A DNA stretch of 64,000 nt, taken from assembly GCA_014240275.1 (NCBI GenBank), contig JAAZXH010000004.1, positions 11,342-75,341 on the forward strand. Direction: 5' to 3'. This document shows positions 26,019 through 34,905 of this stretch, one piece after another. Made by a program: the position numbers and the translations under genes. The stretch comes from Candidatus Peregrinibacteria bacterium (GTDB lineage: Bacteria; Patescibacteriota; Gracilibacteria; UBA1369; GCA-2718715). Below the pieces are notes generated by a model, which saw only the letters and a program-made list of their open reading frames with translations, was not told the origin of the DNA and did not search any database. Numbering within the stretch: the first letter of the stretch is position 1; every line of letters starts with the position of its first letter.

Positions 26019-26315
26019 TCAATAAGTAATTAGAATTTGGATACTTTTGATATTTGGTTTGATTCCAAGTTTTTCGTAGCTTTCTAAGATCTGAGATTTT
26101 TTTTCAAGTATTTTTTGTGTGAGTGCTGGATGTTCGGCGTCTATTTTTAATAGCCCGTTTTTGATTCCTACCGCTTTGATGTGAGGACTAATCTCTGGCA
26201 GAAGCTCTTTGAGGATGGGCCTGAGTTTGTAAAGTGCGTATGAAGAATCAATAGTCTTTTTAAAACTAATTTTGTTGGCGTGTTTTAAAAATGGATTTTT
26301 TATTTGTTCAAACAT
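26019..26315 (-). CDS. small DUF721/DciA-like protein (tentative)
   Basis: 98 aa. 'HIKAVGIKNGLLKIDAEHPALTQKILEKKSQILE' resembles the DUF721 core (.g.L.v.v.s.a.a.el...k..il). It overlaps the GT4 gene by 16 nt. Confidence 0.35.
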   Translation of the reverse strand: MFEQIKNPFLKHANKISFKKTIDSSYALYKLRPILKELLPEISPHIKAVGIKNGLLKIDAEHPALTQKILEKKSQILESYEKLGIKPNIKSIQILITY

Positions 26316-27391
26316 GCTTGGTAGAGTTTATAGGTTTGATCTGCATTGTGTTGCCAGTCGTACTGTTTTAAAAGTTTGCTAGTGTGACCCAGGTTTGGTT
26401 TTTTGTCTAAATTTTGTTTGATTGTCTTTGCCATTTCTTCTGGTGAGTTTGGGTCAAAGTATTTGGCACAGTTTTGAGCAATTTCTGGTAGGCAAGAAGT
26501 TTTTGAGGCACATACGCTGGTGTTTTGTGATAGAGCCTCTAATACTGGCAGTCCAAAACCTTCGTAAAAAGATGGCTGTACATAAACAGAGGCGTTTTGA
26601 AACAACCAGGTTAGCTTGGAGTTTTCTACAAGACCAGCTAGGAATGTAGCTTTTTGCAGCTTGAATTTTTTGATTAACTTTTGAGTTTCGGGGTAGAGAG
26701 GATTGGGCTTTCCGGTTAGAACTAGTTTGTGTGGGATCTTGTGTTTGTTTTTTAAAATATTAAAGGCTCGTATTAGATTAGGTAGGTTTTTGTGTTCTCG
26801 CCAGTTACCGGTATAAAGGATAAATTTATCTTTGATTAATTCTTTAACGCTTGTGGCTTTAAGTTGAATTTGTTTGAAGCCAAGGTAAATAACCTGGCTT
26901 TTTTGTTTGGTATTCGGGAATTTTTTAGCAAGGTCTGTTTGGGTGTGTTTGGATACACAAATAATTTTGGTACTGCAGATTGTGCTTTTTAGGAAGACCA
27001 AGTAAAACATAAGTCTGGAGAAAATGTTTTTATGTTTTTTACCCTTATAAAAAAACAAGGTTAAATCGTGGATAGTTGTAATTTGTTTTTTGAAATAAAG
27101 TAAAGGTTGGTTAAAATTAGTAAAGTGTACTAGGTCAGCTTTTAATTTGTATAAAATTTTTACTAATTTTATTTGTTCACTTAGGGAATATACTGGGCAA
27201 TTAACCTGTTTGGTTTTGAAGTTTGTAGGTAGTTGTTTAAAAAATGGGTGTGTTTGATTAATCAGCAGGGTGTACTGGTTGAGAGTATCGATTTTAATAA
27301 GTTCTTTGACTAGCATAAGGTTGTATACTCCAATGCCTGTGAATTTTTCACCAAACATTCGGCAATCAATAATGATATGTTTAGCTTTCAT
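26300..27391 (-). CDS. family 4 glycosyltransferase
   Basis: 363 aa with the GT4 C-terminal signature 'QPSFYEGFGLPVLEAL'. Confidence 0.85.
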   Translation of the reverse strand: MKAKHIIIDCRMFGEKFTGIGVYNLMLVKELIKIDTLNQYTLLINQTHPFFKQLPTNFKTKQVNCPVYSLSEQIKLVKILYKLKADLVHFTNFNQPLLYFKKQITTIHDLTLFFYKGKKHKNIFSRLMFYLVFLKSTICSTKIICVSKHTQTDLAKKFPNTKQKSQVIYLGFKQIQLKATSVKELIKDKFILYTGNWREHKNLPNLIRAFNILKNKHKIPHKLVLTGKPNPLYPETQKLIKKFKLQKATFLAGLVENSKLTWLFQNASVYVQPSFYEGFGLPVLEALSQNTSVCASKTSCLPEIAQNCAKYFDPNSPEEMAKTIKQNLDKKPNLGHTSKLLKQYDWQHNADQTYKLYQACLNK

Positions 27392-27449
27392 ATTTTAAAC
27401 CTTAAAAGTGTTAATAAGTTAACACATTTTTCATAATTTTAAAATCGGT

Positions 27450-27477
27450 TTGACTTTAGGATAATTTTTTTTATAAT
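27450..27477 (+). promoter_or_regulatory. sigma70-like promoter for tRNA-Asp
   Basis: TTGACT (27450-27455), a 16-nt spacer, then TATAAT (27472-27477). The tRNA begins 19 nt downstream. Confidence 0.45.
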
Positions 27478-27495
27478 AAGGAAGCTTAAATATTG

Positions 27496-27572
27496 GGGGT
27501 CGTAGTTCAGTTGGTTAGAACGCCTGCCTGTCACGCAGGAGGTCGCGGGTTCAAATCCCGTCGATCCCGCCA
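27496..27572 (+). tRNA. tRNA-Asp (anticodon GTC)
   Basis: 77 nt with a full cloverleaf: acceptor GGGGTCG/CGATCCC, D-arm GTTC/GAAC, anticodon stem CCTGC/GCAGG with loop CTGTCAC, and T-arm GCGGG-TTCAAAT-CCCGT. CCA is encoded. Confidence 0.95.
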
Positions 27573-28039
27573 CCACAAAAGCTTTGAAATAAAGGCTTTT
27601 TTTTTTGAGTATCTGTAATTTGCTTTTTAATATTGTCAATTGTAATGCGTATACTCGTTAATACGATTTCAGGAGTAAAGAGAACTCCTGCTGTGGCTAA
27701 ACTTATCTGTTCTGCTGTGCCGTGAGGTACTCCAAGTGGTTCAAGTATTATGTGACCGCATGGTATCATTACCATTGCTATTGCTGTTCTAAAGGCTACT
27801 GTTTTTTGATAAATAGTACTGTCTTTTTCAAATGTGGGATTGCTTATTGTAAGGGTTTCTCTTGTTTGAGGTGTTTTGTTTTGCTCTGATTGTTTCATGG
27901 TTCCATAATTTCTAATTGGTGGTATTATTTTAGCATTGTTTTTAGTAAGTGCAACTAGGTTGCACTTCTTGGTGTTAATATTAAAAAAAGACAACCTTTA
28001 TTGATTAGGCTGTCTTTAAACTTTTTGAAGAATTTATGT

Positions 28040-28990
28040 TTATAAATTATGATTTCTTTGTTCTAGCCAATAGTGTAATTCTGAAGATCTGACTCTTTTC
28101 ATCCATAATATAATTAACGTTTCAGGGTTTGTTTCGAAAGCTTTTTCTAAAAATTCTTCATCTGTTTTAAGTGATCTGGATATATATGAAATAAATTCAG
28201 GATGGTCTTGAAGCAGGTTGAGAATAAACTCTTTATCAGATTTAATTTCTCTCGTTGTGTTACTAAATATCAAGTAGTGAGTGGCGTAAGTTAAGATTAA
28301 TTCTTTATTACCCCTTATATTTCTTGAAAAATAACCAAAAATTTTTGCTGTACTAGTAATTTTATCTGATCGTTCTAATGCGGCTTTTGCTATATCTAGA
28401 TCATCTTTTAAATCATCTGACGCAAAATAAACTGCTAATGGAAAAGTTTTGATTGCTTCTAAAACGATATCTTTATTATTTTGTAATTCATCTGATGCCC
28501 ATTGTAAAGCACCTCCATTTTCTTGTACCGCTTGAAAGACTGTATTGTAATCGTTTTTTGATTCTTCAGTTGGAAAAAAATGTCTTTCTGGAGTATTAAT
28601 ATAGCAATTAAGGTTTTTCAGTTTTACTAAAGCTAGAGTATCATCTCCCCAAATCTCTTCCCGTATATGTCTTATGCTTAATTGGCTTGCTAAAGCTAGT
28701 AATAGACCTGGGATTTTTGCATGAGCTAATTGAACGAAATCTGGATCTTGTCTCAGTTCTTTAGAAGTTTTCTTAACGTTTTTCGCTAATTCATCAGTGT
28801 TTTGACTAAGTTCTGATATGACTTGGTTGTATTCTGACTCTTTTCCCGAATTTGCTATTGTTTGCTCTGATGCTGCAGATGTTAATTCACGCCTTTCAGA
28901 TATTTGTTGTGATGGCTTTTGGCTTGTTGATGTTTCAGCTTGATTGACTTGATTAATATTTCTATCAGCTGGGGTTTTAACGTTTGACAT
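28040..28990 (-). CDS. DUF4116 repeat-containing protein
   Basis: 316 aa with repeated 'A(L/V)..(n)g.aL.(w/f)AS(D/E)(E/D)L(q/k)(n/d)(n/d)k(d/e)i(v/a)l.A(i/l)' units. Examples are 'ALQWASDELQNNKDIVLEAI' and 'AVYFASDDLKDDLDIAKAAL'. Confidence 0.55.
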   Translation of the reverse strand: MSNVKTPADRNINQVNQAETSTSQKPSQQISERRELTSAASEQTIANSGKESEYNQVISELSQNTDELAKNVKKTSKELRQDPDFVQLAHAKIPGLLLALASQLSIRHIREEIWGDDTLALVKLKNLNCYINTPERHFFPTEESKNDYNTVFQAVQENGGALQWASDELQNNKDIVLEAIKTFPLAVYFASDDLKDDLDIAKAALERSDKITSTAKIFGYFSRNIRGNKELILTYATHYLIFSNTTREIKSDKEFILNLLQDHPEFISYISRSLKTDEEFLEKAFETNPETLIILWMKRVRSSELHYWLEQRNHNL

Positions 28991-29043
28991 GTTTAGTTTT
29001 TAATGACCTTTGTTAAATATCATGGGTTTTTGTTTTTGTCAAA

Positions 29044-29751
29044 TTGTTTTATGTTTTATATTTTTTTGTTATAATGGTTTTGTATAATTTTTTATTTATG
29101 AAAATTTTAGGAGCAATAGTCATATTATTGTGTAGTTTGTATTTTGGTTTTATTTATTTTTTTGATTATTCAATTGAAAGCCCTACCTATGAGGTTGTTG
29201 ATCAGTTGTCGAAAAATATTGATGTAAGACAGTATGGAGAATATTACCAAGCTTATGTTTCGTACGATGAGGCTAGTGAGAACTCTGCTTTTTCGAAGTT
29301 GTTTAATTTTATTTCGGGGAGCAATACTTTGGAAGATAGTTTGGATATGACAGCTCCGGTTAAAATCCCTATGACTACTCCGGTTAAGATACCTATGACG
29401 GCTCCGATAAAACTGCCAATGACTGTGCCTGTAAAATTGCCAATGACAAGTACCGCGAAAAATTTGAGCTTTCAGGGTATGGCCTTTGTGATGCCGGATG
29501 ATTTTAACCCACAAATTAAACCTTTGGATCCAGCTGTAGAGATTCAAAAAATTGAACCAAAAAAATATGCGGTTTTGCGATATTCTGGTTTGATGCGTAG
29601 AGCTTTGATGCAAGAAAAAACATCGCAATTAAAAGTGGCCTTAGATGCTAAAGGTTATGAGTATTATCCAACGGCGATTTTTGCAGCTTATAACGGGCCT
29701 TATACCTTGCCATTTTTAAGAAGGAATGAGGTTTGGATAGAGTTAAAATAA
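29044..29751 (+). CDS. SOUL/heme-binding-protein family protein, membrane-anchored
   Basis: 235 aa with 'YEVV..L...IDVRQY', 'PMT.PVK', 'MAFVMP', 'KKYAVLRYSG' and a C-terminal 'YNGPYTLPFLRRNEVWIEL'. The listed start is TTG. In-frame ATGs at 29074 or 29098 are more likely starts. Confidence 0.7.
   Translation: MFYVLYFFVIMVLYNFLFMKILGAIVILLCSLYFGFIYFFDYSIESPTYEVVDQLSKNIDVRQYGEYYQAYVSYDEASENSAFSKLFNFISGSNTLEDSLDMTAPVKIPMTTPVKIPMTAPIKLPMTVPVKLPMTSTAKNLSFQGMAFVMPDDFNPQIKPLDPAVEIQKIEPKKYAVLRYSGLMRRALMQEKTSQLKVALDAKGYEYYPTAIFAAYNGPYTLPFLRRNEVWIELK
29347..29457 (+). repeat. 24-nt (octapeptide) tandem repeat within the SOUL-family gene
   Basis: Four full units plus one partial unit encode MTAPVKIP / MTTPVKIP / MTAPIKLP / MTVPVKLP / MTSTA. 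Confidence 0.9.
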
Positions 29752-29755
29752 GTTC

Positions 29756-29783
29756 TTGCTTAAATCAATTTTATTAATATAAT
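29756..29783 (+). promoter_or_regulatory. sigma70-like promoter for tRNA-Val
   Basis: TTGCTT (29756-29761), a 16-nt spacer, then TATAAT (29778-29783). The tRNA begins 13 nt downstream. Confidence 0.4.
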
Positions 29784-29795
29784 AAGTTTAATAAT

Positions 29796-29871
29796 GTGCG
29801 ATTAGCTCAGTTGGTAGAGCGCATCGTTGACTCCGATGAGGTCACAGGTTCGACTCCTGTATCGCACACCA
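29796..29871 (+). tRNA. tRNA-Val (anticodon GAC)
   Basis: 76 nt: acceptor GTGCGAT/ATCGCAC, D-arm GCTC/GAGC, anticodon stem CATCG/CGATG with loop TTGACTC, and T-arm ACAGG-TTCGACT-CCTGT. CCA is encoded. Confidence 0.9.
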
Positions 29872-30006
29872 GAGTTTGTGTTGTCTAATATGCCTAGACA
29901 CTTAATTTTAGGGCTCTCCATTTTTATACTGGGTTTTTCAGCTTGTGCAAGTTGTTTTTCTTGTCTGTTTTTAGGCTTAGGTGTAGATTTAGGTATGTTT
30001 TAATTT

Positions 30007-31107
30007 ATGTATATGAAAAAAATAATAAGTCTAATAGTTATGTTTGCTTTGGTTGGGTGTTCTACTCCAGCAGAAGAAATTGTAGCTGATGATATTTCAG
30101 TGAAAGTTGGAGTTATAACTCCAATGTCTGGTGGACTTGCTGGGTATGGTGAAGAGACACAACTAATTTTAGCTGAAACTATTAAAAGAAATTTTGGAGA
30201 AGGAAGTGGAATTGAACTAGTTTATGAAGATAGTAAGTGTACTGGTCAAGATGCTGTGACGGCTTATCAAAAGCTTGTTAATGTAGACCAGGTTGATGTG
30301 ATACTGGGTGGTTTATGTTCTTCAGAAAGTTTAGCTTTTGCTCCCTTACTGGAAGCAGATGGTATGGTGGCAATTTCTAACGTGAGTACTAGTCCAAAAC
30401 TTGAAGGTTTGAGCTCTAACTTTTTTACTTTATCTTTTAGTGATATAGAACTGGCTAAGTTGATTTCTGCTGAGGCAGATTTCAGTGATAAAATTGCTAT
30501 TATTACAGAACAAAATAACTGGAATATCGGAATTTTAAAGGTTTTGGAACAGGAGTTGGGTGATAAGATTGTTAGTAACGAAATTTTTGAAAACGGCGCT
30601 AATGATATGCGGAATATCATTGCTAAAACTTTAAAGGCTGATCCTGAGGTTATAGTACTTAATCCAAATGCTGGCCCGACTAGTACTACTTTAATTACTC
30701 AGTTGGCTGAATCAAAAGATCAGCTTGAAGGTATTGCCTTGGTTTCTCAAATGATGTCTTATTTAACAGATAGCGTAATTGAGCAGGCTCCGGGTGTTGC
30801 TGACACCGTTCGCGTAATTGATACTGCTACTGTTCAAACTGATGAGTTTAAAGATTTTAAAACTAGTGTAGGTGAAATTGTTTTTTATACCGACTATTTG
30901 GTTGCGAGTACGCATGATGCATTGTTGAATTTAGTAAATGTATACCGAAGTGCAATTCAAAATGATACTGATATGGCTGAAGAGTTAAGAAATGCTAAAT
31001 TGCAAGGTTATATAGCAGAAGGTAAATCCTTTGGTGATTCATCTTTTATTAAGGGAATTAAGTATAGTACTTTTGTATTAGAAGACGGTCAAATTATCGA
31101 ACGGTAA
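30007..31107 (+). CDS. ABC transporter substrate-binding lipoprotein (LivJ/K-like, HAAT family), paralog 1
   Basis: 366 aa with the lipobox 'ALVGCS', 'VKVGVITPMSGGLAGYGEE' and 'ELVYEDSKCTGQDAVTAYQKLVNVDQVDVILGGLCSSES'. Confidence 0.85.
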   Translation: MYMKKIISLIVMFALVGCSTPAEEIVADDISVKVGVITPMSGGLAGYGEETQLILAETIKRNFGEGSGIELVYEDSKCTGQDAVTAYQKLVNVDQVDVILGGLCSSESLAFAPLLEADGMVAISNVSTSPKLEGLSSNFFTLSFSDIELAKLISAEADFSDKIAIITEQNNWNIGILKVLEQELGDKIVSNEIFENGANDMRNIIAKTLKADPEVIVLNPNAGPTSTTLITQLAESKDQLEGIALVSQMMSYLTDSVIEQAPGVADTVRVIDTATVQTDEFKDFKTSVGEIVFYTDYLVASTHDALLNLVNVYRSAIQNDTDMAEELRNAKLQGYIAEGKSFGDSSFIKGIKYSTFVLEDGQIIER

Positions 31108-31124
31108 TAATTTTATAAAAGTTT

Positions 31125-31153
31125 AAAGAGCCTCATTATATGGGGCTCTTTTT
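31125..31153 (+). terminator. rho-independent terminator
   Basis: AGAGCC-TC-attatat-GG-GGCTCT followed by TTTTT. The element is identical to the one at 32334-32364. Confidence 0.65.
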
Positions 31154-31221
31154 AAATCAATCATATATGCTTAATCTTTGGGGCTTTTACAATATAATAT
31201 GTATGTTTTTAACTTTATTTT

Positions 31222-32316
31222 ATGAAGAAATTTTTTGCAGCTTTTGTGCTTTTGAGTTTAGTTGGATGTTCTTCTCCAGCTGAGACGGTTGATATGGAGA
31301 ATATTCCAGTAAAAGTTGGGGTTGTAACACCTATGTCTGGTGGTTTTGCAGCTTGGGGAGAGGAAACACAATCTATTTTAAATCAAACTATTTTAAATAA
31401 CTTTGGGACAGAATCAAATATTGAGCTAGTGTATGAAGATAGTAAGTGTAATGGTCAAGATGCAGTGTTGGCTTATCAAAAACTTGTAAACGTTGATCAG
31501 GTTGATGTGATTTTGGGAGGCTTATGTTCGTCTGAAAGTTTAGCCATTGCACCTTTATTGGAAGCTGATGGTATGGTTGCTATGTCTGGTGTTAGTGCTA
31601 ATATGAAGCTTGATGGATTGAGTCCAAATTTCATGACACTTTCTTATATTAGTAGTGCTATGGCTAAAAATATGGCTGAGGAAGTTATGGACTATGAAAA
31701 AGTTGCGATCATTACTGAAGAAAATGATTGGAATATTGGTATGCTTGAAGTTATTGAGCAAGAGCTTGGAGAAAAAATTGTGAGTAACGAAGTGTTTGAA
31801 AAAGGCTCAAAAGATATCCGGAATACTATTTTGAAAGCCTTAAAAAGTGAACCAGATGTGTTACTTTTGAACCCTAATTCTGGTCCTACTAGTGGTACTT
31901 TATTTAAACAATTGGCAGAAGTTAAGGATCAGCTTGAGGATATCGATTTGGTTTCTCAACTACTAGTATATTTAAAGGAAGATATGCGAACAATGGCACC
32001 TGAGCTTTCTAGCAAAATAAAAATAGTAGAAGCAGCGCTTTTAGATGATCCAGAATTTCAAAACTTTAAGGCGAGTGCCGGTGATATTGTGAACTATACT
32101 GAGTTTTTAACTGCTAATACGCACAATGCTTTATTAAACCTAGTTTTGGCTCATAGACGGTCAGTTGCAAATGAGACAGATGTTTTGTCTGAACTAAGAA
32201 ATAATCCGTTGCAAGGTTTTGTGACTTCTGGTTCTCAATTTAACGACGATACTTTCTTGGGTGGTGTTGAATTTAGTACTTTTGTATTAGAAGATGGTCA
32301 AATTATCGAACGGTAA
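31222..32316 (+). CDS. ABC transporter substrate-binding lipoprotein, paralog 2
   Basis: 364 aa with the lipobox 'SLVGCS' and the same conserved blocks as paralog 1. Confidence 0.85.
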   Translation: MKKFFAAFVLLSLVGCSSPAETVDMENIPVKVGVVTPMSGGFAAWGEETQSILNQTILNNFGTESNIELVYEDSKCNGQDAVLAYQKLVNVDQVDVILGGLCSSESLAIAPLLEADGMVAMSGVSANMKLDGLSPNFMTLSYISSAMAKNMAEEVMDYEKVAIITEENDWNIGMLEVIEQELGEKIVSNEVFEKGSKDIRNTILKALKSEPDVLLLNPNSGPTSGTLFKQLAEVKDQLEDIDLVSQLLVYLKEDMRTMAPELSSKIKIVEAALLDDPEFQNFKASAGDIVNYTEFLTANTHNALLNLVLAHRRSVANETDVLSELRNNPLQGFVTSGSQFNDDTFLGGVEFSTFVLEDGQIIER

Positions 32317-32333
32317 TAATTTTATAAAAGTTT

Positions 32334-32364
32334 AAAGAGCCTCATTATATGGGGCTCTTTTTTT
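32334..32364 (+). terminator. rho-independent terminator (between convergent genes)
   Basis: Same hairpin as at 31125-31153, followed by TTTTTTT. Confidence 0.65.
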
Positions 32365-32388
32365 GTGTGCGTTATGGTTGTTTGAAAA

Positions 32389-33138
32389 TTAGCCGAAATA
32401 TACTTCTTTGAGGCGTGGGTCGTTTTGGACTTCTTTGGGCAAGCCTTCCATATATTTTTTCCCATCTACGAATACGATGATCCGGTCAACTAGACCAAAT
32501 AGAAATTTCAGGTCGTGTTCGATAATCACTATTGTTTTTCCGTGTTGGTCTGTAAGGCTTTTAATTGCGTTTGAGAGTTCGTTTCTTAAGACGGGTGATA
32601 CTCCGGCTGTTGGCTCGTCAATAAGGAGCAGGTTGGCGTTTGAAAGTTTTAGTTTGGCCATTTCAAGTAGTCGTAGTTGTCCACCTGATAAAACTCCTGC
32701 AAGGGAATGTTTGTGGCTAGAAAGTGCAAATTCTTCTAGCGCTAGATCGATTTTTTTGTTGATGCGACGTTTGTGTTTTTTAGAAAACATCCAGTGCCAT
32801 GGAAGTTCTTCTGCGTTTTCGATGGCCATAATTAGGTTTTCTTCTAAAGTCATTTCTTTAAATACACCCACGTTTTGGAATCCTCTGGCTAGACCTACTT
32901 TGGTTCTTTTGTTGGCCGAAAGGGGGTTGAGTTCAACTCCGTTTAGGCTTATAAGTCCTGTATCGATTGGTACAAAGCCAGAAATTGCATTGAAGAAAGT
33001 GGTTTTGCCACAGCCGTTTGGTCCAACTATGCCAACAATTTCTCCTTCTTTAATATCGAGAGAAATATCTTCGTTGATCATGCGTTTGCCAAGTTGTACG
33101 TGTAGGTTTTCAATTTGAAGGATGGTCTTTTTTTTCAT
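32389..33138 (-). CDS. livG: branched-chain amino acid-type ABC transporter ATP-binding protein
   Basis: 249 aa with Walker A 'GPNGCGKTT', the signature 'LSGGQLRLLE' and Walker B 'LLLIDEPTAGV'. Confidence 0.9.
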   Translation of the reverse strand: MKKKTILQIENLHVQLGKRMINEDISLDIKEGEIVGIVGPNGCGKTTFFNAISGFVPIDTGLISLNGVELNPLSANKRTKVGLARGFQNVGVFKEMTLEENLIMAIENAEELPWHWMFSKKHKRRINKKIDLALEEFALSSHKHSLAGVLSGGQLRLLEMAKLKLSNANLLLIDEPTAGVSPVLRNELSNAIKSLTDQHGKTIVIIEHDLKFLFGLVDRIIVFVDGKKYMEGLPKEVQNDPRLKEVYFG

Positions 33139-33148
33139 AAATTTGGGG

Positions 33149-34006
33149 TTAGGCTTCGCGGTTTTGTACGTTGAATTTGCCGCTGATATTTCTAAGTAAT
33201 ATAATAAGGATTGCTGTATACATTAAGACTCTCATGTGTCCGAGTAAGGCGCTTGGGAATTTTAGGAAACTAATAAGTTCTGGTAAAAAGATTACAAAAG
33301 CGGTGGCTAGTATTAAGTTGCGAACTTGGGCTTTGACACATAAAATTGCAATTGAAACTAGTATGATTAAATTTGGGATCCCGCCAAAGCTTGGGTCGAG
33401 AAATTGGATTCGTAGAATTTCTAGGATACCGGCAATTCCACTTAGTATAGATCCGCTAATAATAATAAAATATGCGGTAGATTTAGTAGAAACTCCTAGG
33501 GATTCTAACGCTACTGGGTGTTCTTTGAGGGCACGGATTTTACGCCCCATTGGGCTTTGGATAATAAGGTATTGAACTAGAACTATAATTAGCATTATGA
33601 CTAAGCTGAATATTATAAGTTTTGGTAGGGTTTTAATAAAACTTGGTCTTATGATTCCAGAGATCCCTAAAACTCCTCCTGTTAGTTCGTCAAAGGATTT
33701 TACGAAGGCTTCAAAGGCTAAAATGCTACCAAGGCTTAAAATTGTAAAGCTATCTTTAGAGACTTTGGTGTATAGGTAGCTAAAGACACATCCTAAAAGG
33801 GTAGTTAGTACTATAGCTATTAGCATTGCGTTTGGCATGCTGAGACCAAATTTTTTGTAACTGATACCTAAACTATAGGCTGCAAAACTATAGCAAACTG
33901 GCAGGCTTAATAGGAATATACCAGCCATAGAAAGGCTTAATTGACCAGCAGCACCTTGCATGATGCTAGCAAAAAATCTGGCGAGTATAGTATATAGATA
34001 TCCCAT
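33149..34006 (-). CDS. livM: HAAT-family ABC transporter permease (LivM-like)
   Basis: 285-aa polytopic membrane protein positioned between the livH-like and livG-like genes. Confidence 0.8.
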   Translation of the reverse strand: MGYLYTILARFFASIMQGAAGQLSLSMAGIFLLSLPVCYSFAAYSLGISYKKFGLSMPNAMLIAIVLTTLLGCVFSYLYTKVSKDSFTILSLGSILAFEAFVKSFDELTGGVLGISGIIRPSFIKTLPKLIIFSLVIMLIIVLVQYLIIQSPMGRKIRALKEHPVALESLGVSTKSTAYFIIISGSILSGIAGILEILRIQFLDPSFGGIPNLIILVSIAILCVKAQVRNLILATAFVIFLPELISFLKFPSALLGHMRVLMYTAILIILLRNISGKFNVQNREA

Positions 34007-34011
34007 AGTTT

Positions 34012-34896
34012 TTAGGTGTTACGTGTGTATTTGCTGAAGATTCCGTTTGGCTTGTAGCTTAAAATTAATAAGGCAATGATGAAGATAAAAAACATGCGGT
34101 AAGAATTGGTAAAATTTAGGCTAGCTGGAGAATAGTTGATTAAAAATTCTGGAATTAAAATTATTAGATAGCTGGCTAAAATGGTTCCTCGGATGTCTTT
34201 GGCTCCGCCAACAAAGAGGGCTATAAAGGCAATCATAATATAGTTAAAGCCAAGAGTTGGAGTTAAAGAGGCATTCATAGCAACTAGTATACCTACGATA
34301 CCGGCTATAATAGAGGCACCAATGTATACGTATTTGCGGATTTTCACTTGGTTTACCCCAAGGCTTGCAACTAGCGAGGAGTTTTCGGAAATGCTTCGTA
34401 AAACTCTGCCGTATGGGGTTTTGTTGACTATAATATAGGTAAAGAATGCTAAAACCACACCTATCAATATGGTGTAAATGCCAGGCAGGGTAAACTGGAT
34501 ATTTCCGAAGGAAATTGTTGGTAAAACTCCTTCAATTATGTTTTTGGCTTGGCTACTAAAAACGATGGCTACGAGGCTTTCAAGTCCGAGGGCAAAGGCC
34601 AGACTTAAAAGTAGAGCTAAGAGAATGTCTTTGTTTTTGTAGAGCTTTTCTAATAAATGAAAAGATATGAGCCCAAGTATAGTGGCTGTGATCAAGGCAA
34701 TGATCACAGCGATTGTGTAGCTTTGGTTGAGATTTAGTCCATAGTAGAACCCGTAGGCTACGGTTGTGCCAATAGCTCCGAGAGCGACATGTTCTATTTT
34801 TGAAACTGCTTTGATAAGGTAAAGTGAAATTGCTAGAAATAGAATTTGAGTACCTAGTACTAAGCTGTTAGCGAGAATTTGTAGGAAAAAATCCAT
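34012..34896 (-). CDS. livH: HAAT-family ABC transporter permease (LivH-like)
   Basis: 294-aa polytopic membrane protein with an N-terminus of the LivH type, 'FLQILANSLVLGTQILFLAISLYLI'. Confidence 0.8.
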   Translation of the reverse strand: MDFFLQILANSLVLGTQILFLAISLYLIKAVSKIEHVALGAIGTTVAYGFYYGLNLNQSYTIAVIIALITATILGLISFHLLEKLYKNKDILLALLLSLAFALGLESLVAIVFSSQAKNIIEGVLPTISFGNIQFTLPGIYTILIGVVLAFFTYIIVNKTPYGRVLRSISENSSLVASLGVNQVKIRKYVYIGASIIAGIVGILVAMNASLTPTLGFNYIMIAFIALFVGGAKDIRGTILASYLIILIPEFLINYSPASLNFTNSYRMFFIFIIALLILSYKPNGIFSKYTRNT

Positions 34897-34905
34897 AGGT
34901 TTTGA

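Noticed and set aside
27551-27994. 147-aa minus-strand ORF (or 115 aa from Met33) whose 3' end runs 22 nt into tRNA-Asp on the opposite strand
   Set aside because: It has no recognisable motif. It overlaps a confidently called tRNA, and its upstream part has an unlikely N-terminus. It could be a real small protein from Met33, but I cannot support it from sequence alone, so it is not listed as a feature.
32408-33118. 236-aa ORF on the plus strand, fully antisense to the livG-like gene
   Set aside because: The minus-strand frame carries perfect Walker A, signature and Walker B motifs. The antisense translation is Ser/Arg/Phe-rich low complexity with no motif. It is a typical shadow ORF.
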